Translations under genes and position numbers: made by a program
NCBI RefSeq assembly: GCF_006345805.1
Contig: NC_043005.1
Location: 13,578,001 to 13,642,000 of the forward strand
DNA from: Octopus sinensis
Taxonomy: Eukaryota
Direction of reading: 5' to 3'
Length of the DNA: 64,000 bases
Shown: in pieces, positions 36,067 through 50,603 of the stretch
How positions within the stretch are numbered: position 1 is the stretch's first letter
Layout: each line of letters begins with the position of its first letter
Notes under the pieces: model-generated
Told to the model about the DNA's origin: nothing
What the model saw: only the letters and a program-made list of their open reading frames with translations
The model's database searches: none

Positions 36067-37315
36067 CACTATAGATAGAAGCACTCCGTCGGTTACGATG
36101 ACGAGGGTTCCGGTTGATCCGATCAACGGAACAGCCTGCTCGTGAAATTAATGTGTAAGTGGCTGAGGACTCCACAGACACGTGTACCCTTAACGTAGTT
36201 CTCGGAGATATTCGGCATGACACAGAGAGTGACAAGGTCGGCCCTTTGAAATACAGGTACAACAGAAACAGGAAGTAAGAGTGAGAGAAAGTTGTGGTGA
36301 AAGAGTACAGCAGGGATCACCACCATCCCCTGCTGGAGCCTCGTGGAGCTTTAGGTGTTTTCGCTCAATAAACACTCACAATGCCCGGTCTGGGAATTGA
36401 AACCATGATCCTAGGACCGCGAGTCCGCTGCCCTAACCACTGGGACATTGCGCCTCCACACTACTACTACTACCAGCTGATTGGACTGAAAAGGTGGGTT
36501 CAGTGCTGTGCAACACTTTAAATGCTCAAAACAAATTCATGCACAGAAACCACTCAAACTCTAGGAAGGTTTGCATAAGCTTACTGAGGTTAGAAAGCAT
36601 CTCACTTGATCAAGAGTTGATTTCCACCATATAGATTACATATAGATATCATCATCATCATCATCGTCGTTTAACGTCCGTTCTCCATGCTAGCATGGGT
36701 TGGACGGTTCGACCGGGGTTCTGGGAAGCCAGAAGGCTGCACCAGGCTCCAGTCTAATTTGGCAATGTTTCTACAGCTGGATGCCCTTCCTAACGCCAAC
36801 CACTCCGTGAGTGTAGTGGGTGCTTTTTACGTGCCACCTGCACATATAATATATATATATGTATGTGTGTGTATGTATGTATGTATGTATTCTTTTATTT
36901 GTTTCAGTCATCTTGACTGTGGCCATTTTGGAGCACTGCCTTTAGGCGAACAAATCAATCCCAGGACTTATACTGTGTAAGCCTAGTACTTATTCTATTA
37001 GTTTCTTTTGCTGAACTGCTAAGTTACAAGGAGGTAAACAAACCAGCATCAGTTGTCGAGTGATGGTGAGGGGACAAACATACAAACACACACACACACA
37101 CACACACACGTATACGACGGGCTTCTTTCAGTTTCTGTCTACCAAACCCACTCACAAGGTTTTGGTCGGTCCAAGGCTATAGCAGAAGACACTTGCCCAA
37201 CATGCCAGGCAGTGGGACTGAACCCAGAACCATGTGGTTGGTAAGCAAGCTACTTACCACACAGCCACTCCTGCACCTGTATGTATGTATATATTATATA
37301 TATATACACACATAC

Positions 37316-37382
<67 letters not shown>

Positions 37383-37405
37383 ATATACATATATATGTAT
37401 ATATA

Positions 37406-37463
<58 letters not shown>

Positions 37464-37476
37464 TTATATATATATA

Positions 37477-37507
<31 letters not shown>

Positions 37508-37527
37508 TACATACGTATATATATCTA

Positions 37528-37565
<38 letters not shown>

Positions 37566-37679
37566 CCTGCTCACTAAGCCAGTAGGGTGACGTCATTCGA
37601 AGGATAAAACAATGCGAATGCATTGTGATCAGCAATGTGTAACTACATCTGATGGACTGGTCAGTCACGTGATCACGTG

Positions 37680-37713
<34 letters not shown>

Positions 37714-37722
37714 TTAAAGGGA

Positions 37723-37771
<49 letters not shown>

Positions 37772-38998
37772 GCATTTAATATACACAATTGCACGCCTTA
37801 GGATACATTAAATTTGCAGATTTATTTGACATGCTATTTATCTCCAATCAATCTTTCAGGCTCAGTTCATAATGTTAGATGTATTTATAAAACCAGGATG
37901 CTTTTCTATGAAAAAACCTGAGAAAAATGCAAGAATAGGTGCAGGAGTGGCTGTGTGGTAAGTAGCTTGCTAACCAACCACATGGTTCCGGGTTCAGTCC
38001 CACTGCGTGGCATCTTGGGCAAGTGTCTTCTGCTATAGCCCCGGGCCGACCAATGCCTTGTGAGTGGATTTGGTAGACGGAAACTGAAAGAAGCCTGTCG
38101 TATATATGTATATATATATGTGTGTGTGTTTATGTTTGTGTGTCTGTGTTTATCCCTCTAGCATTGCTTGACAACCGATGCTGGTGTGTTTATGTTCCCG
38201 TTACTTAGCGGTTCGGCAAAAGAGACCGATAGAATAAGTACTGGGCTTACAAAAGAATAAGTCCTGGAGTCGAGTTGCTCGATTAAAGGCGGTGCTCCAG
38301 CATGGCCGCAGTCAAATGACTGAAACAAGTAAACGAGTAACGAGAATAAAATGCAAAGAAAGTTCATGCAAAAAGTGGAACAAGAAGAAAGAATAGAAAA
38401 GTAAGTAAACCATGACCTTCTTCCATGTCTGTAATTGTGTATATAAAATGATATTTATTTCTCACCGGATGAATCACTTTTTGATCCTACCTATAATGGA
38501 ACTATAAACTATATATACATGTGTGTGTGTGTGTATAAAACAAAGTTATTTTATTCCACACAGGTAGAAATATGGGGAAAATGGAAGTTGAAAAATGCAC
38601 TGAGAATAGTTAAAATGTTTTTTATTAATATATATTTCTTTACTACCCACAAGGGGCTAAACATAGAGGGGACAAACAAGGACAGACAAACGGATTAAGT
38701 CGATTACATTACATCGACCCAGTGCGAAGCTGGCACTTTATTTATCGACCCCAAGAGGATGAAAGGCAAAGTCGACCTCAGCGGAATTTGAACTCAGAAC
38801 GTAACGACAGACGAAATACCGCTAAGCATTTTGTCCAGTGTACTAACGTTTCTGCCAGCTCGCCGCCTTTTTTATTAATATATTTAATAAATATATTTTA
38901 TTATATATTTAAAGCTTTAACCAGTTTCAGTTTACACTGATTTTCAGTACACGATCTCAGATCAGGTCACTTGCTATGCAAGTACATCTCTCTTTCTC

Positions 38999-39034
<36 letters not shown>

Positions 39035-39035
39035 C

Positions 39036-39081
<46 letters not shown>

Positions 39082-40580
39082 ATATATTGGTAAAAACGGT
39101 ATATATATATAGAAAGACGTGGCTTATGTCACAGCTGTCTTGCTGCTCACTAGTGATTGAAGTTTGCCCTGCTTTTGTAGGGAGTTCATGGCTCAAGTTA
39201 GTATATGTTTTGAATAAGATTTGATTGGTAGAGGATAGTCACATGACTGGCCTTAGAAATTTTTGTAGGTTTCCCACTACATCTGTAGGTTAGTATCAAG
39301 TGGCAATGTATAGCATTGTAAGTTAAGGCTGACACAGTTGACTGAACAAGTCCAAACAAGCAATGCTTTGAATGTTTTCTGGCAAGTGTTTGTAGAGAAT
39401 GAACACATGATTAAGTTTTGTATGTTTCCCCACTACGTCCATGTAGTAGTTTGTTTTTTTGTTTGTTCCTTCTCAAGCCGTGCCTGGCTCATAAGGGCCG
39501 GTTTCCCCGCTTTCCTTGGCGTATAGGTTTCCCACCTGGATGGGACGCCGGTCCGTCCCAGGTGAGTGGCAAGATGCAGGAGGAAAGAGTGAGAGAAAGT
39601 TGTGGCGAAAGAGTCAGCAGATGTTCGCCATTACCTTCTGCCGGAACCGTGTGGAGCTTAGGTGTTTTCCTCATAAACACACACACCGCTCGGTCTGAGA
39701 TTCGAACCCGTGATCCCTCAACCACGAGTCCGCTGCTCTAACCACTAGGCCATCTGCCTCCACCCATGCAGTAGCGTCACATGACAGTATATTTTACGAT
39801 CAAAAAGAAGACAGACACAGTTGAGTGAACATGTTTAGTTATAATCAAGGCACTCCAAATTTAATCTGTCTGGTGAGAGAGTGGACAGGAGTTGTTTGTA
39901 TGTAGTCCAATGGTTAAAATTTAGGTTGTTAGCTGTGCAGCTTCCTCAGGATAAGTGGTAGAATGAATTTTGTGTGAATAGTTATTTGTGCATGTATTCT
40001 TTTAAAGTTTGTTAAGTCTTGTTTGTACTTTTGTTGTATGAAAGCATTATCTTTGTTTATTCGCGCTTCATCTGTGGTATTCATTGAACATGGGTAGAGT
40101 GGGAAGACTTGGAATTTGGGAGACTTATTTTTTTTTACATTCTCAAAACATTCAAAGTATTGCTTGTTTGGACTTGTTCAGTCAACTGTATCAGCATTAA
40201 CTTATGATGCTAAACATTGTCATTTGATGCTAAACATTGTCACACGGAGGTAGTGGGGAACCTACAAAAATTTCTGAGCCCAGTCATGTGACTATCCTCT
40301 ACCAATCAAATCCTATTCAAAGCATACACTAATTTGAGCCATGAACTCCCTATAAAGACGAAGCAAACTTCAATCACTAGTCAGAAGACAGTTGCGACAT
40401 AAGCCACATCTTTCTATTTTAACTTTTTGAAAATCAGTGTAAACCGTGAAACTGGTTAAAGCTTCAAATATATTAATAAAACATATTTTAACCATTCTCA
40501 GGGCATGTTCAATTTCTATTTTTCCTACATATATATATATGTGTGTGTGTGTGTATGTGTGTATGTGTGTGTGTTTGTGT

Positions 40581-40624
<44 letters not shown>

Positions 40625-43600
40625 TTACATATATATGTATATGTATGGATATGTATGTACGTATGTATGTGTATATAGATATATATATATATATATATAT
40701 GAAAAATATGGAACAAAAATGTAACAGATAACAATCAAATATCCAGGTAGTTAAACAATACAAAGAAGGGCAGGAAAAACAAGGACCGGTCATTCGGAAC
40801 CTTCTATTGTCAGTCAAGTTCCAGATCATCTCTGCAGTTTCAGCCAGTTACACTCGAGAGTGCTCCACTCTGGCCAGTCCCAAGAAAGCTAAGAGCACTA
40901 GATTTTTTTGAAGAAAGCAACTCAATGTGTACTACGAAGACGAAAAAACAGAGAAATGTTACACAATTACAAATACAAACAAGACAAAAACAACAGGTGT
41001 CTCTCTACTAATAAAGACGAAGTAAATTAAGCTGGTGATGGTTTATGTGAAAAAGAATAATAAACTAAGGGTGTGTGAAAATTTTTCAACAGGGTTAAAT
41101 GACTGTTTAGTAGAACACAGCTATCCATTACCAAGCCCACAAGAAATATTTTCACTACTAATTGGAGTAAAAAAATTTTCTCGCAAAAAAATAAATATAT
41201 AAAAATAAAAAGTAAAAAAATAAAAAAGGGAGGTGGGGTGAATAAAATAAAATAAAATTACTTGCTTCTCAAAAATAAAAAAAAAATAAAAGGGGAGATG
41301 TCATAGTGGAAATGGTACACCCCTCCCACAGGACAAGTGGTTTGAACTATCCACTGTAAAGTGAGACGATGACAACCAGAGACACGCATGTCAGTCATTG
41401 TAGAGTCATTGTACAAGTTCTCCATTGGAGTTAAGAGTCAGTTACATGTTATAGTCAAGTTTGAGTCACAGTCAAAGTAGACGGTTCAATTTCAGTGTCT
41501 TGCAGAGCTATCAGCAACAGCATGATAGAAGAAGTGGTGTATTACTATTCTGGTATGTCAGGTCACTTTCGAGTGCTACTGGTAACATGTAATCCAGTAC
41601 AACCTGTTGCATGGTCGGGTCGTCGGCGACTAAACCAGCTCCCTCACCAAGCTTGCTTGGTGAGGAGGGTGTTTATTGGACACCCTGCGGGAAGAAAAAC
41701 AAAACCCGTCAAAGAGCGGAGGAACTCTTGAGAGTCAACGGCCATCCAATAAATGTCTTAAGGCTGTATCATGCGCGGGGACATAGAAATAATCGGACTG
41801 AATACCCGATCGCACGGTTAAACCATTGGGAGTGAAGGACTCCTAGCCTTTGTTAGGGCATCCTTCTAGGAAAAGGTAACTCAGGTAACTGGGATGACTC
41901 CGACTTAAAACCTGCGGCTCAGTGGTTACCAATGATGTTGACTTGTTCTTCTTTTCGGATTATGGCTGCTGTTGCTTAGTGAGTGGGATTGACTCAGTGC
42001 ACAGCCTTTCCTCACTTTAAAAAAATCTTCTTGCACAGGCATTGCACGATAACAACATTGATTAAGCTTCATGCAATGGCCATACTCGATAACGAGGGGG
42101 CAGCCACCATAGAAGAGATACACTGTATCTGATACAAGAAAATATTGTGGCTACTAGAGTAGATGCAACATCTACAGTCACAACAATGACCACAGAATAT
42201 AACTGTGGAAGACACCACATCATAACAATTACATTATATTATAATATTTTTATATTATATACTTTAGCTGTAAGCTATATCACATGATCACATGACCGAC
42301 CAGTCCATCAGATGTCGTTACACATCGCTGGTCACAATGCGTTCGCATTGTTTTAGCCTTCGAATGACGCCACCCCGCTGGCTAAGCGAGCAGGCCAGCA
42401 GAAGAAAGAGTGGGAGAAAGAGCAGTGAAAGAGTACAGCAGGGATCACCACCCCCTGCCGGAGCCTCGTGGAGCTTTTAGGTGTTTTCGCTCAATAAACA
42501 CTCACAACGCCTGGTCTGGGAATCGAAACCGCGATCCTACGACCGCGAGGCCGCTGCTCTAACCACTGGGCCATTGCGCCTCCACGTAAGCTATATGAAG
42601 ACAATAATTTATTTAGCAATAAAATATTATATTTCAGCTGAAGTGTTTAGACAACATAATTAATTACAGAGTAATCTCAAGATAGTATTGTACCGTATTA
42701 GTTTTTTGGGTTCCATTGTTTTCAGATTCAATTGCATAGGTAAAACCCTCGAAGTTGTCCTTATCTACTTTGCTGACACCAATGCCAAGATTGGAATATA
42801 AAGTTGTTAGTTGCTGCTCTTTCAGGGAAATTTCATTTGGGATTCTCTCTATGACGGCCAACATTCTGTGAAAAATACAAAAACCAAGAACACAATACTG
42901 AAATTTGCTTATTCTCATTATGCTAACAGCTAAATTTGCACATAGACTCGTTATGAACTACATTAATTCACTTAATGAGATAAAATCATAAACTTCTCTG
43001 AATAACTATGTTGTTAATTAATACTGTCAAGGCACAAGGCTCAGTGGTTAAAGTGTCAGACTCACAATCATGAGGTACTCTTTTACTCTTTTACTTGTTT
43101 CAGTCCTTTGACTGTGGCCATGCTGGAGCACCGCCTTTAGTCGAGCAAATCGACCCCAGGACTTATTCTTTGTAAGCCTAGTACTTATTCTATCGGTCTT
43201 TTTGCCGAACCGCTAAGTTACGGGGATGTAGTCACACGAGCATCGGTTGTCAAGTGATGTTGGGGGGGACAAACACAAACACACAAACACACACACATAT
43301 ACATATATACGATGGGCTTCTTTCAGTTTCTGTCTACCAAATCCACTCACAAGGCTTTGGTCGGCCCGAGGCTATAGTAGAAGACACTTGCCCAAGGTGT
43401 CATGCAGTAGGACTGAACCCAGAGCCAAGTGGTTGGGAAGCAAGCTACTTACCACACAGCCACTCCTGCGCCTATTGTAGTAAGTTTTATTCCCAGACAG
43501 GGCTCTGTGTCGTGTTTTTGAACAAGACCCTTTATTTCACATTACTCCAGTTCACTCAGCTGTAGAAACGAGTTGACATCACTGGTGCCTATCTGTATTG

Positions 43601-44547
43601 GCCCTTGCCTTTCCCTTGGATAACATCAGTGGTATGGAAAGAGGTATGTATGTGCAACTGATGGTCTTCCATAAACAAACTTGCATGAGGGGTGCTGTAG
43701 TGGTATCAAATATGTGTTATCAAATATGTGTATATATATATATATATATTTCTTTACTACCCACAAGGGGCTAATCACAGAGGAGACAAACAAGGACAGA
43801 CAAATGGATTAAGTCGATTACATCGACCCCAATGCGTAACTGGAACTTAATTTATCGACCCCGGAAGGATGAAAGGCAAAGTCGACCTTGGCGGAATTTG
43901 AACTCGGAACGTAACAGCAGACGAAATACGGCAACGCATTTCGCCTGGCGTGCTAACGTTTCTGCCAGCTCGCACACATGAAAGTGTAAGGCTCAGTGGT
44001 TAAAGTGTTGGGCTAATTAATCATGAGGTAGTGAGATCGATTCCCAGACCAGGCAAGACACTTTATTTCACATTGCTCCAGTTCATTCAGCTGTAGAAAT
44101 GAGTTGCAACATCACTGGTACCAATTTGTATCGGCCCTTTACCTTTCCCTTGGATAACATCAGTGGTATGGAAAGGGAAGGCTGGTATGCATAGGGGACT
44201 GCTAGTTTTCCATAGACAACCATGTCTGAACTTGTGCCTCGAAGGGGAATTTTCTAAGTGCAATCCTATGGTCATTCATGACCAAAGGGGGCCCTTTAAT
44301 TAATATTATCCTATCAACTACATTTCAGTGTTACTAATTAGCAATGCTAGTTGAAGCTGCTTGTAACATCGAGTAACATTTAATTACTGATTATTAGGAC
44401 AATTATCTAAGCACTCTACTGAATTCTTTTGAGTGTGCAGTGTATCAATCAACTAGGGTGAGGTATTTACAAGCATACTTGGAATTGTAGTTTTGTGAAT
44501 AGCATTTGGTCATTCATTAATTTTTGTACCTCAATCAATGAACTGAT

Positions 44548-44590
<43 letters not shown>

Positions 44591-45637
44591 CACTACCACC
44601 ACTACTAATGCTGCTGCTACTACTACTACTACTACTACTACTACTAATGCTACTGCTGTTGCCACTACTGTTGCTGCTGCTGTTGCTACTACTACTAGTA
44701 CTACTACAACTATTGCTGCTACTACTACTACTACTACTACTATTACAACTACTGCTGCTGCTACTACTTCTACTACTAGTACTACTACAACTACTGCTGC
44801 TACTACAACTACTACTACTACTACTACTACAGCTACTGCTGCTGCAGCTACTACTACAACTACTACTACTACTACAACTACTGCTGCTGCAGCTACTACT
44901 ACAACTACTACTACTACTACTACTGCTGCTACTACTACTACTACTGCTGCTACTACAACTACTGCTGCTGCTGCTACTACTACTACTACTACTACAACTA
45001 CTGCTGCTGCTGCTACTACTACAACTACAACTACTACTACTACTACTACTACTACACTACTACTACTACTACTACTACTATGTTTGTATTACCCATTAGC
45101 ACTCTGGTTGGACTCTTGTGCAGTAACCAATACGTCTTCTGGAGTATCGATCATGTTATTGACGCTTTGAAGAATATTATTCGTTGTTATATTGGTAGAT
45201 ATATCGGGTACCAATGGCATCATTTTTTCTAAAATGTCTGTAGACAACACAACATCAATTTCTTGGAAATATCGAGCACTCTCCGAGATACCTAGAAGTT
45301 TTTTTGAGTTTTTCTCAATATTATCTGCAAAAAAAAAAAAAAAAGAGAAAATATATTAAGTTTATATGCTTAATATTTCTGTTAATTTTGAATGCTCTAA
45401 TAAAAATATGATGCATGTAGATGCGGGAATGATTATAGGCAAGGGCATGGATGAGTGGTAGAAAGCTTGCTTCTCAACCATATGGTTCTGGTTGTAGTAG
45501 TCACTCAGTGTGTAAAAACATGTATTGTGCTGTGGTTACGAATTACCTCACAAGTCATGACAGACAGAAAAGATGTGCTCGAAGCCAATAATTTGAGTTT
45601 ATGAAGTCAATATTTATATAGCACATACATACATACA

Positions 45638-45704
<67 letters not shown>

Positions 45705-45936
45705 TGGGCTTTACAAAATCCACTCACAAGGCTTTTGTTGGCCCAAGGGTATAGTAGAAGCCGCATGCCCAAGATTCCACGCAGTGGGATTGAACCCAGA
45801 ACCATGTGATTGATAAGCAAGTTGATAAGCTAGCTACTTACTACACAGCTACTCCTGCACCTATATATATATATATATATTATATATATATATATATATA
45901 TAATATATATATATATATTATATATATATATATTCA

Positions 45937-45995
<59 letters not shown>

Positions 45996-46532
45996 GATGG
46001 ACTTTACAAAATCCACTCACAAGGCTTTTGTTGGCCCAAGGGTATAGTAGAAGCCGCATGCCCAAGATTCCACGCAGTGGGATTGAACCCAGAACCATGT
46101 GATTGATAGCTAGCTACTTACTACACAGCTACTCCTGCACCTATATATATATATATATATATATTATATTATATATATATATATATATATAGTGAGAGAG
46201 TTGGTGTGTGAAAGCACGTGGTTGGATGTATAAAAAATAAAAAAGAGTGAAAAAACTACTGAAGGCTTGTGTTATAAGGCCAAAGAATATATTTAAGTCG
46301 TTATGTTAGAAAAATGTTAGAAAATTTTGTGTATAGTAACATAGTTTTTGTATAGTCTTTTCAAATTTCACAAATTTCTTTTGAGAAATTTGAAAAGACT
46401 ATACGAAACCAGTTATTTCTCCAAAAACTATGTTACTATACACAAAATTTTCTAAAATTTTTCTAACATAACAACTTAAATATATTCTTTAACCTTATAA
46501 CACAAGCCTTCTGTAGTTTTTTCATTCTTTTT

Positions 46533-46576
<44 letters not shown>

Positions 46577-49500
46577 TCATCATCATCATTTAACGTCCGT
46601 TTTCCATGCTAGCATGGGTTGGACGGTTCAACTGGGGTCTGAGAAGCCAGGAGGCTGCGCCAGGCCCAGTCTGATCTGGCAGTGTTTCTACAGTTGGATG
46701 CCCTTCCTAACGCCAACCACTCCGAGAGTGTAGTGGGTGCTTTTTATGTGTCACCTGCACAGGTGCCAGACGAGGCTGGCAAACGGTCACGATCGGATGG
46801 TGCTTTTTATGTGCCACTGGCACTGGTATCTCAGCTACAATTTCCATTGATGTTGAAAGATTTCGATTTCGATTTTGAAAATCGAAATCTTTCAATATAT
46901 ATATATATATATTCAATATATATATATATATATATTTGTACACACATATTATTGCAATGAAACATATACGTAAGTATGTCATAGCATTTCTACAAAAGAT
47001 AACTCAAACATACCAAGACATAAATCTCAGGTGATATTATTTTTTTGTAGGTGAAGATTGGTTGCATGAGAACTCTCAGTCACAATGTTATTGCAATGAT
47101 ATGTAGTATGTTATACAATTAGGTAGTTATTTTACAACTAGCAGTATCGCCCAGCGTTGCTTGGGTTTGTAAGGGAAATAACTATATAAGCATTTTTAGA
47201 GATGTAAAGTATAATAGCCATCTCAATATGGTTAACCACAAAGGGGGGGGGGGTGCTACTGTAGCTTTTTACGTTCTGAGATTTAAAAATAAATTTTTAG
47301 AGAGTTACTTTCCTTATATATGCCAAAATTGCATTAAAAATGGGAAAAATATGATGGTTAATTTTTTTTTTTTAATCGTAGACTCATTGTAGACGCGCGC
47401 TAATACCCAGAAGGGTTCGATATGAATCACGACTATAAGATACCCGGTTTTGGTTAAACTGCACCGCAAAATGTGGGAGGAGTTAGGAATCTAAATCGTA
47501 GGAGACAGACAGCACACAACCTCACTTTTATATATAAAGACTAGCAGTATCGCCCGGCGTTGCTCGGGTTTGTAAGGGAAATAACTATATAAGCATTTTT
47601 AGAGAGTTACTTCCCTTATAAATTCGGGCTTTCTTAGCCGTTTTTGTTTTGGTGTCTTCAAGCCATGAAGTCGTTGTTCTAAAAGAACGCTGGTCTCCTT
47701 GACAACGCTTTACCACGTTGATTTCCTTACACTCCCTTCACCACAGCTTCACGAGGGAGGGAAGAAGGGGGAGAAGCAAACAGGTGCAGGTGTGACCATG
47801 GACGCCAACTCCGCCGCCATTGACATACGATGCATTTTATGCATTAAAATGGAATAAAAAATTATGTTAAATTATTTTTAAAATCGTAGACTCATCGTAG
47901 ACGCGCGCTAATAGTCAGACGGGCTCGATATGAATCCCGACTATAAGATACCCGAATTTGGTTAAACTGCACCGCAAAATGTGGGAGGAGTTAGGAATCT
48001 AAATCGAAGGGGACAGACACTCACACAACTAGAGTTTTATATATATAGATATAACCATGTGTATGGTTATGAAATAATGTTATGCATTTGCATTGATATT
48101 TTGTTATGAAATTATGGGAAATTAGGTGTTGCTCTGGTAAGAGGTTTAATTCCCAGCCACATGGTTCCGGGTTCAGTCCCACTGTGTGGCACCTTGGGCA
48201 AGTGTCTTCTACGATAGCCCCCCCCCCGGCCAACCGAAGCCTTGTGTGTGGATTTAGGAGATGGAAACTGAAAGAATCCTCTCTGTGTGTTTGTGTGTGC
48301 ATATGTGCATGTGTGTGTGTCTGTGTCTGTCTGTGTCTGTCTCCCACCATCACTTCACAACCAATGCTGGTGTGTTCATGTCCCTGTAACTTAGTGGTTC
48401 AGCAAAAGAGACTGATAGAATAAGTCCTGGGGTGTATTTCTTCAACAAAAAACCCTGTAAGGTGGTACTCCAGCATGGCCACAGTCAAATGACTGAAACA
48501 AGTAAAAGAATAAAGGTTTAACTAAACTTATATTTAAGGATACTTTACATCTTCCTTTCAATGGTGTTTCATTTAATACATTCAAATAGGCCTTATCAAC
48601 TTTGCCACCTAAATTGAAGATAAATATATTTTCAGACAAATGCAAAACAAAACAGAGACTTTAAATCTCAGACAGGCTTTGATCTGGATCGTATATTATA
48701 TACTCTGTTCTACAGTAACAACAACAACAACCAGGTCTTACTGATAGATGGAAACACTCCATCGGTTATGACGACGAGGGTTCCGGTTGATCCGATCAAC
48801 GGAACAGCCTGCTCGTGAAATTAACGTGTAAGTGGCTGAGTACTCCACAGACACGTGTACCCATTAGCGTAGTTCTCGGGGATATTCAACGTGACACAGA
48901 GAGTGACAAGGCCGGCCCTTTGAAATACAGGTACAACAGGAAGTAAGAGTGAGAGAAAGTTGTGGTGAAAGAGTACAGCATGGATCACCACCATCCCTGC
49001 CGGAGCCTCGTGGAGCTTTAGGTGTTTTCGCTCAACAAACACTCACAACGCCTGGTCTGGGAATCAAAACCGCGATCCTACGACCGCGAGTCCGCTGCCC
49101 TAACCACTGGGCCATTGTGCCTCCTACTAGGTCTTACTATCACCTGAACCAATTAATTGTTGCTCACTTACTTTCATCAAAATCAGAGCTGCTGATATTC
49201 TGCAATGCTTCTGTAATCCAATCCATATCATAACAAAGGGACAGATCTGGTTCTCCCCACATACTGATACCAAAATGTGGGTAAGGTTTTTCTTGAAAAA
49301 CCTCATTTGGAAACCCTTTTACTCTTGTGAAACTGGAAAACAAAATTAAAAATATTCTAATTTCTTCAGTTCAAGATGACAGTTTCAAACATAAACAGTA
49401 TTTGACATCATAATGCTTCCTGTGCTAAATTGGTACGTATTATCAATTGACAAAACAGTAGTTGAGCTTTCAGTTTGATTATTAAGTATGGCCCCACTAT

Positions 49501-50572
49501 TGGTATTTATTCTATCATTAGAGAACACATTCAGCTCAATCGTATCTCTACCATTATTATATAAATTACTCATCCTACTGACCATAGATTCTATTTTCTT
49601 ATTGTTACATATCTTATTCGTTGATTTAATAGGAATGTTAGAAACTTTCCTTGTAGGTCTGTCTTCCCGACTAGGTGGGCTTTTGTTCCTCTTCTCCCTT
49701 AAGTTTTGATTATGATTACTAGTAGGTACCAGACTTTCTGAATTAAGGAAAGTAATCTCTTGATTATATCTTGCTTTAGAAAGAGCAAAGTTATAGTAGT
49801 GAGTGTAGGAATTAAAAATATATCCTTATTAGCTGATAATTGAGTTATTCGTCTCGAAATTCCCTTTACTACCGATTTTAATGCATTAGAGGGATGATTA
49901 GAGGACTAGCTCACATATCTAGTAATTTCATCCGGTTTTCTATAGGGGTAGCATAAGCCGCAGTTTATATCTAAAGTAGTGTCTAAGAAGTTAGCTACCT
50001 TCATGCCGTATTTGAATGTGAGTCCTAGGTGAAAACTTTTGAAAAATTTTCTTTCTATGACTGTTTTACTATTACTAGGAATAATGAACAAAGCATCATC
50101 CCTATAAAGACCACCCTGCAATTCAGGGATTTCACTACTAAGGAACTTTAAGTGATGCACACCAGCTACATCGGTAATTTGGACCGAGTCACTCGAGCCC
50201 AAAGCAATACCAAAATTATCAGGTGTATCGGACCTTGTCCATAACCTACCCTCAAATTCTATGGTAGTTTACCATGCCAAAAGAATAATATCTATCTATG
50301 TATCTATCCATATATATATTCAGTATGTTCATTTTGTAGCAAAGGTTTAGGCAAGAACTACATACTATATAGCCAGTGTAAGCGATGGACACACATGAGA
50401 TGCAGTGGATTAATAGGAAGGTTATCAGGAAAGATAGTTTTCATTTGTGGAAGGTGCACACGATCCACAAAAACTTTAGAGACTCGGGAAATTGATTCTC
50501 TCAAATGCCCTTTGGTGACTCATTAAATGAAGATACATACATACATACATACATACATACATACATACTACA

Positions 50573-50603
<31 letters not shown>

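Noticed and set aside
40770-40830. Hammerhead-like CTGACAA…GAA…ACCGGTC in a PLE-like fragment
   Set aside because: Core is mutated and stem I cannot pair.
44608-45099. 163-aa poly-Leu ORF and the many poly-Leu, Ile, Tyr and YI ORFs in the track
   Set aside because: Direct translations of microsatellites; no coding evidence.
48540-48620. Exon-like stretch [19 protein letters not shown] on the minus strand
   Set aside because: Weak donor, and not needed: exons 5 and 6 join cleanly.
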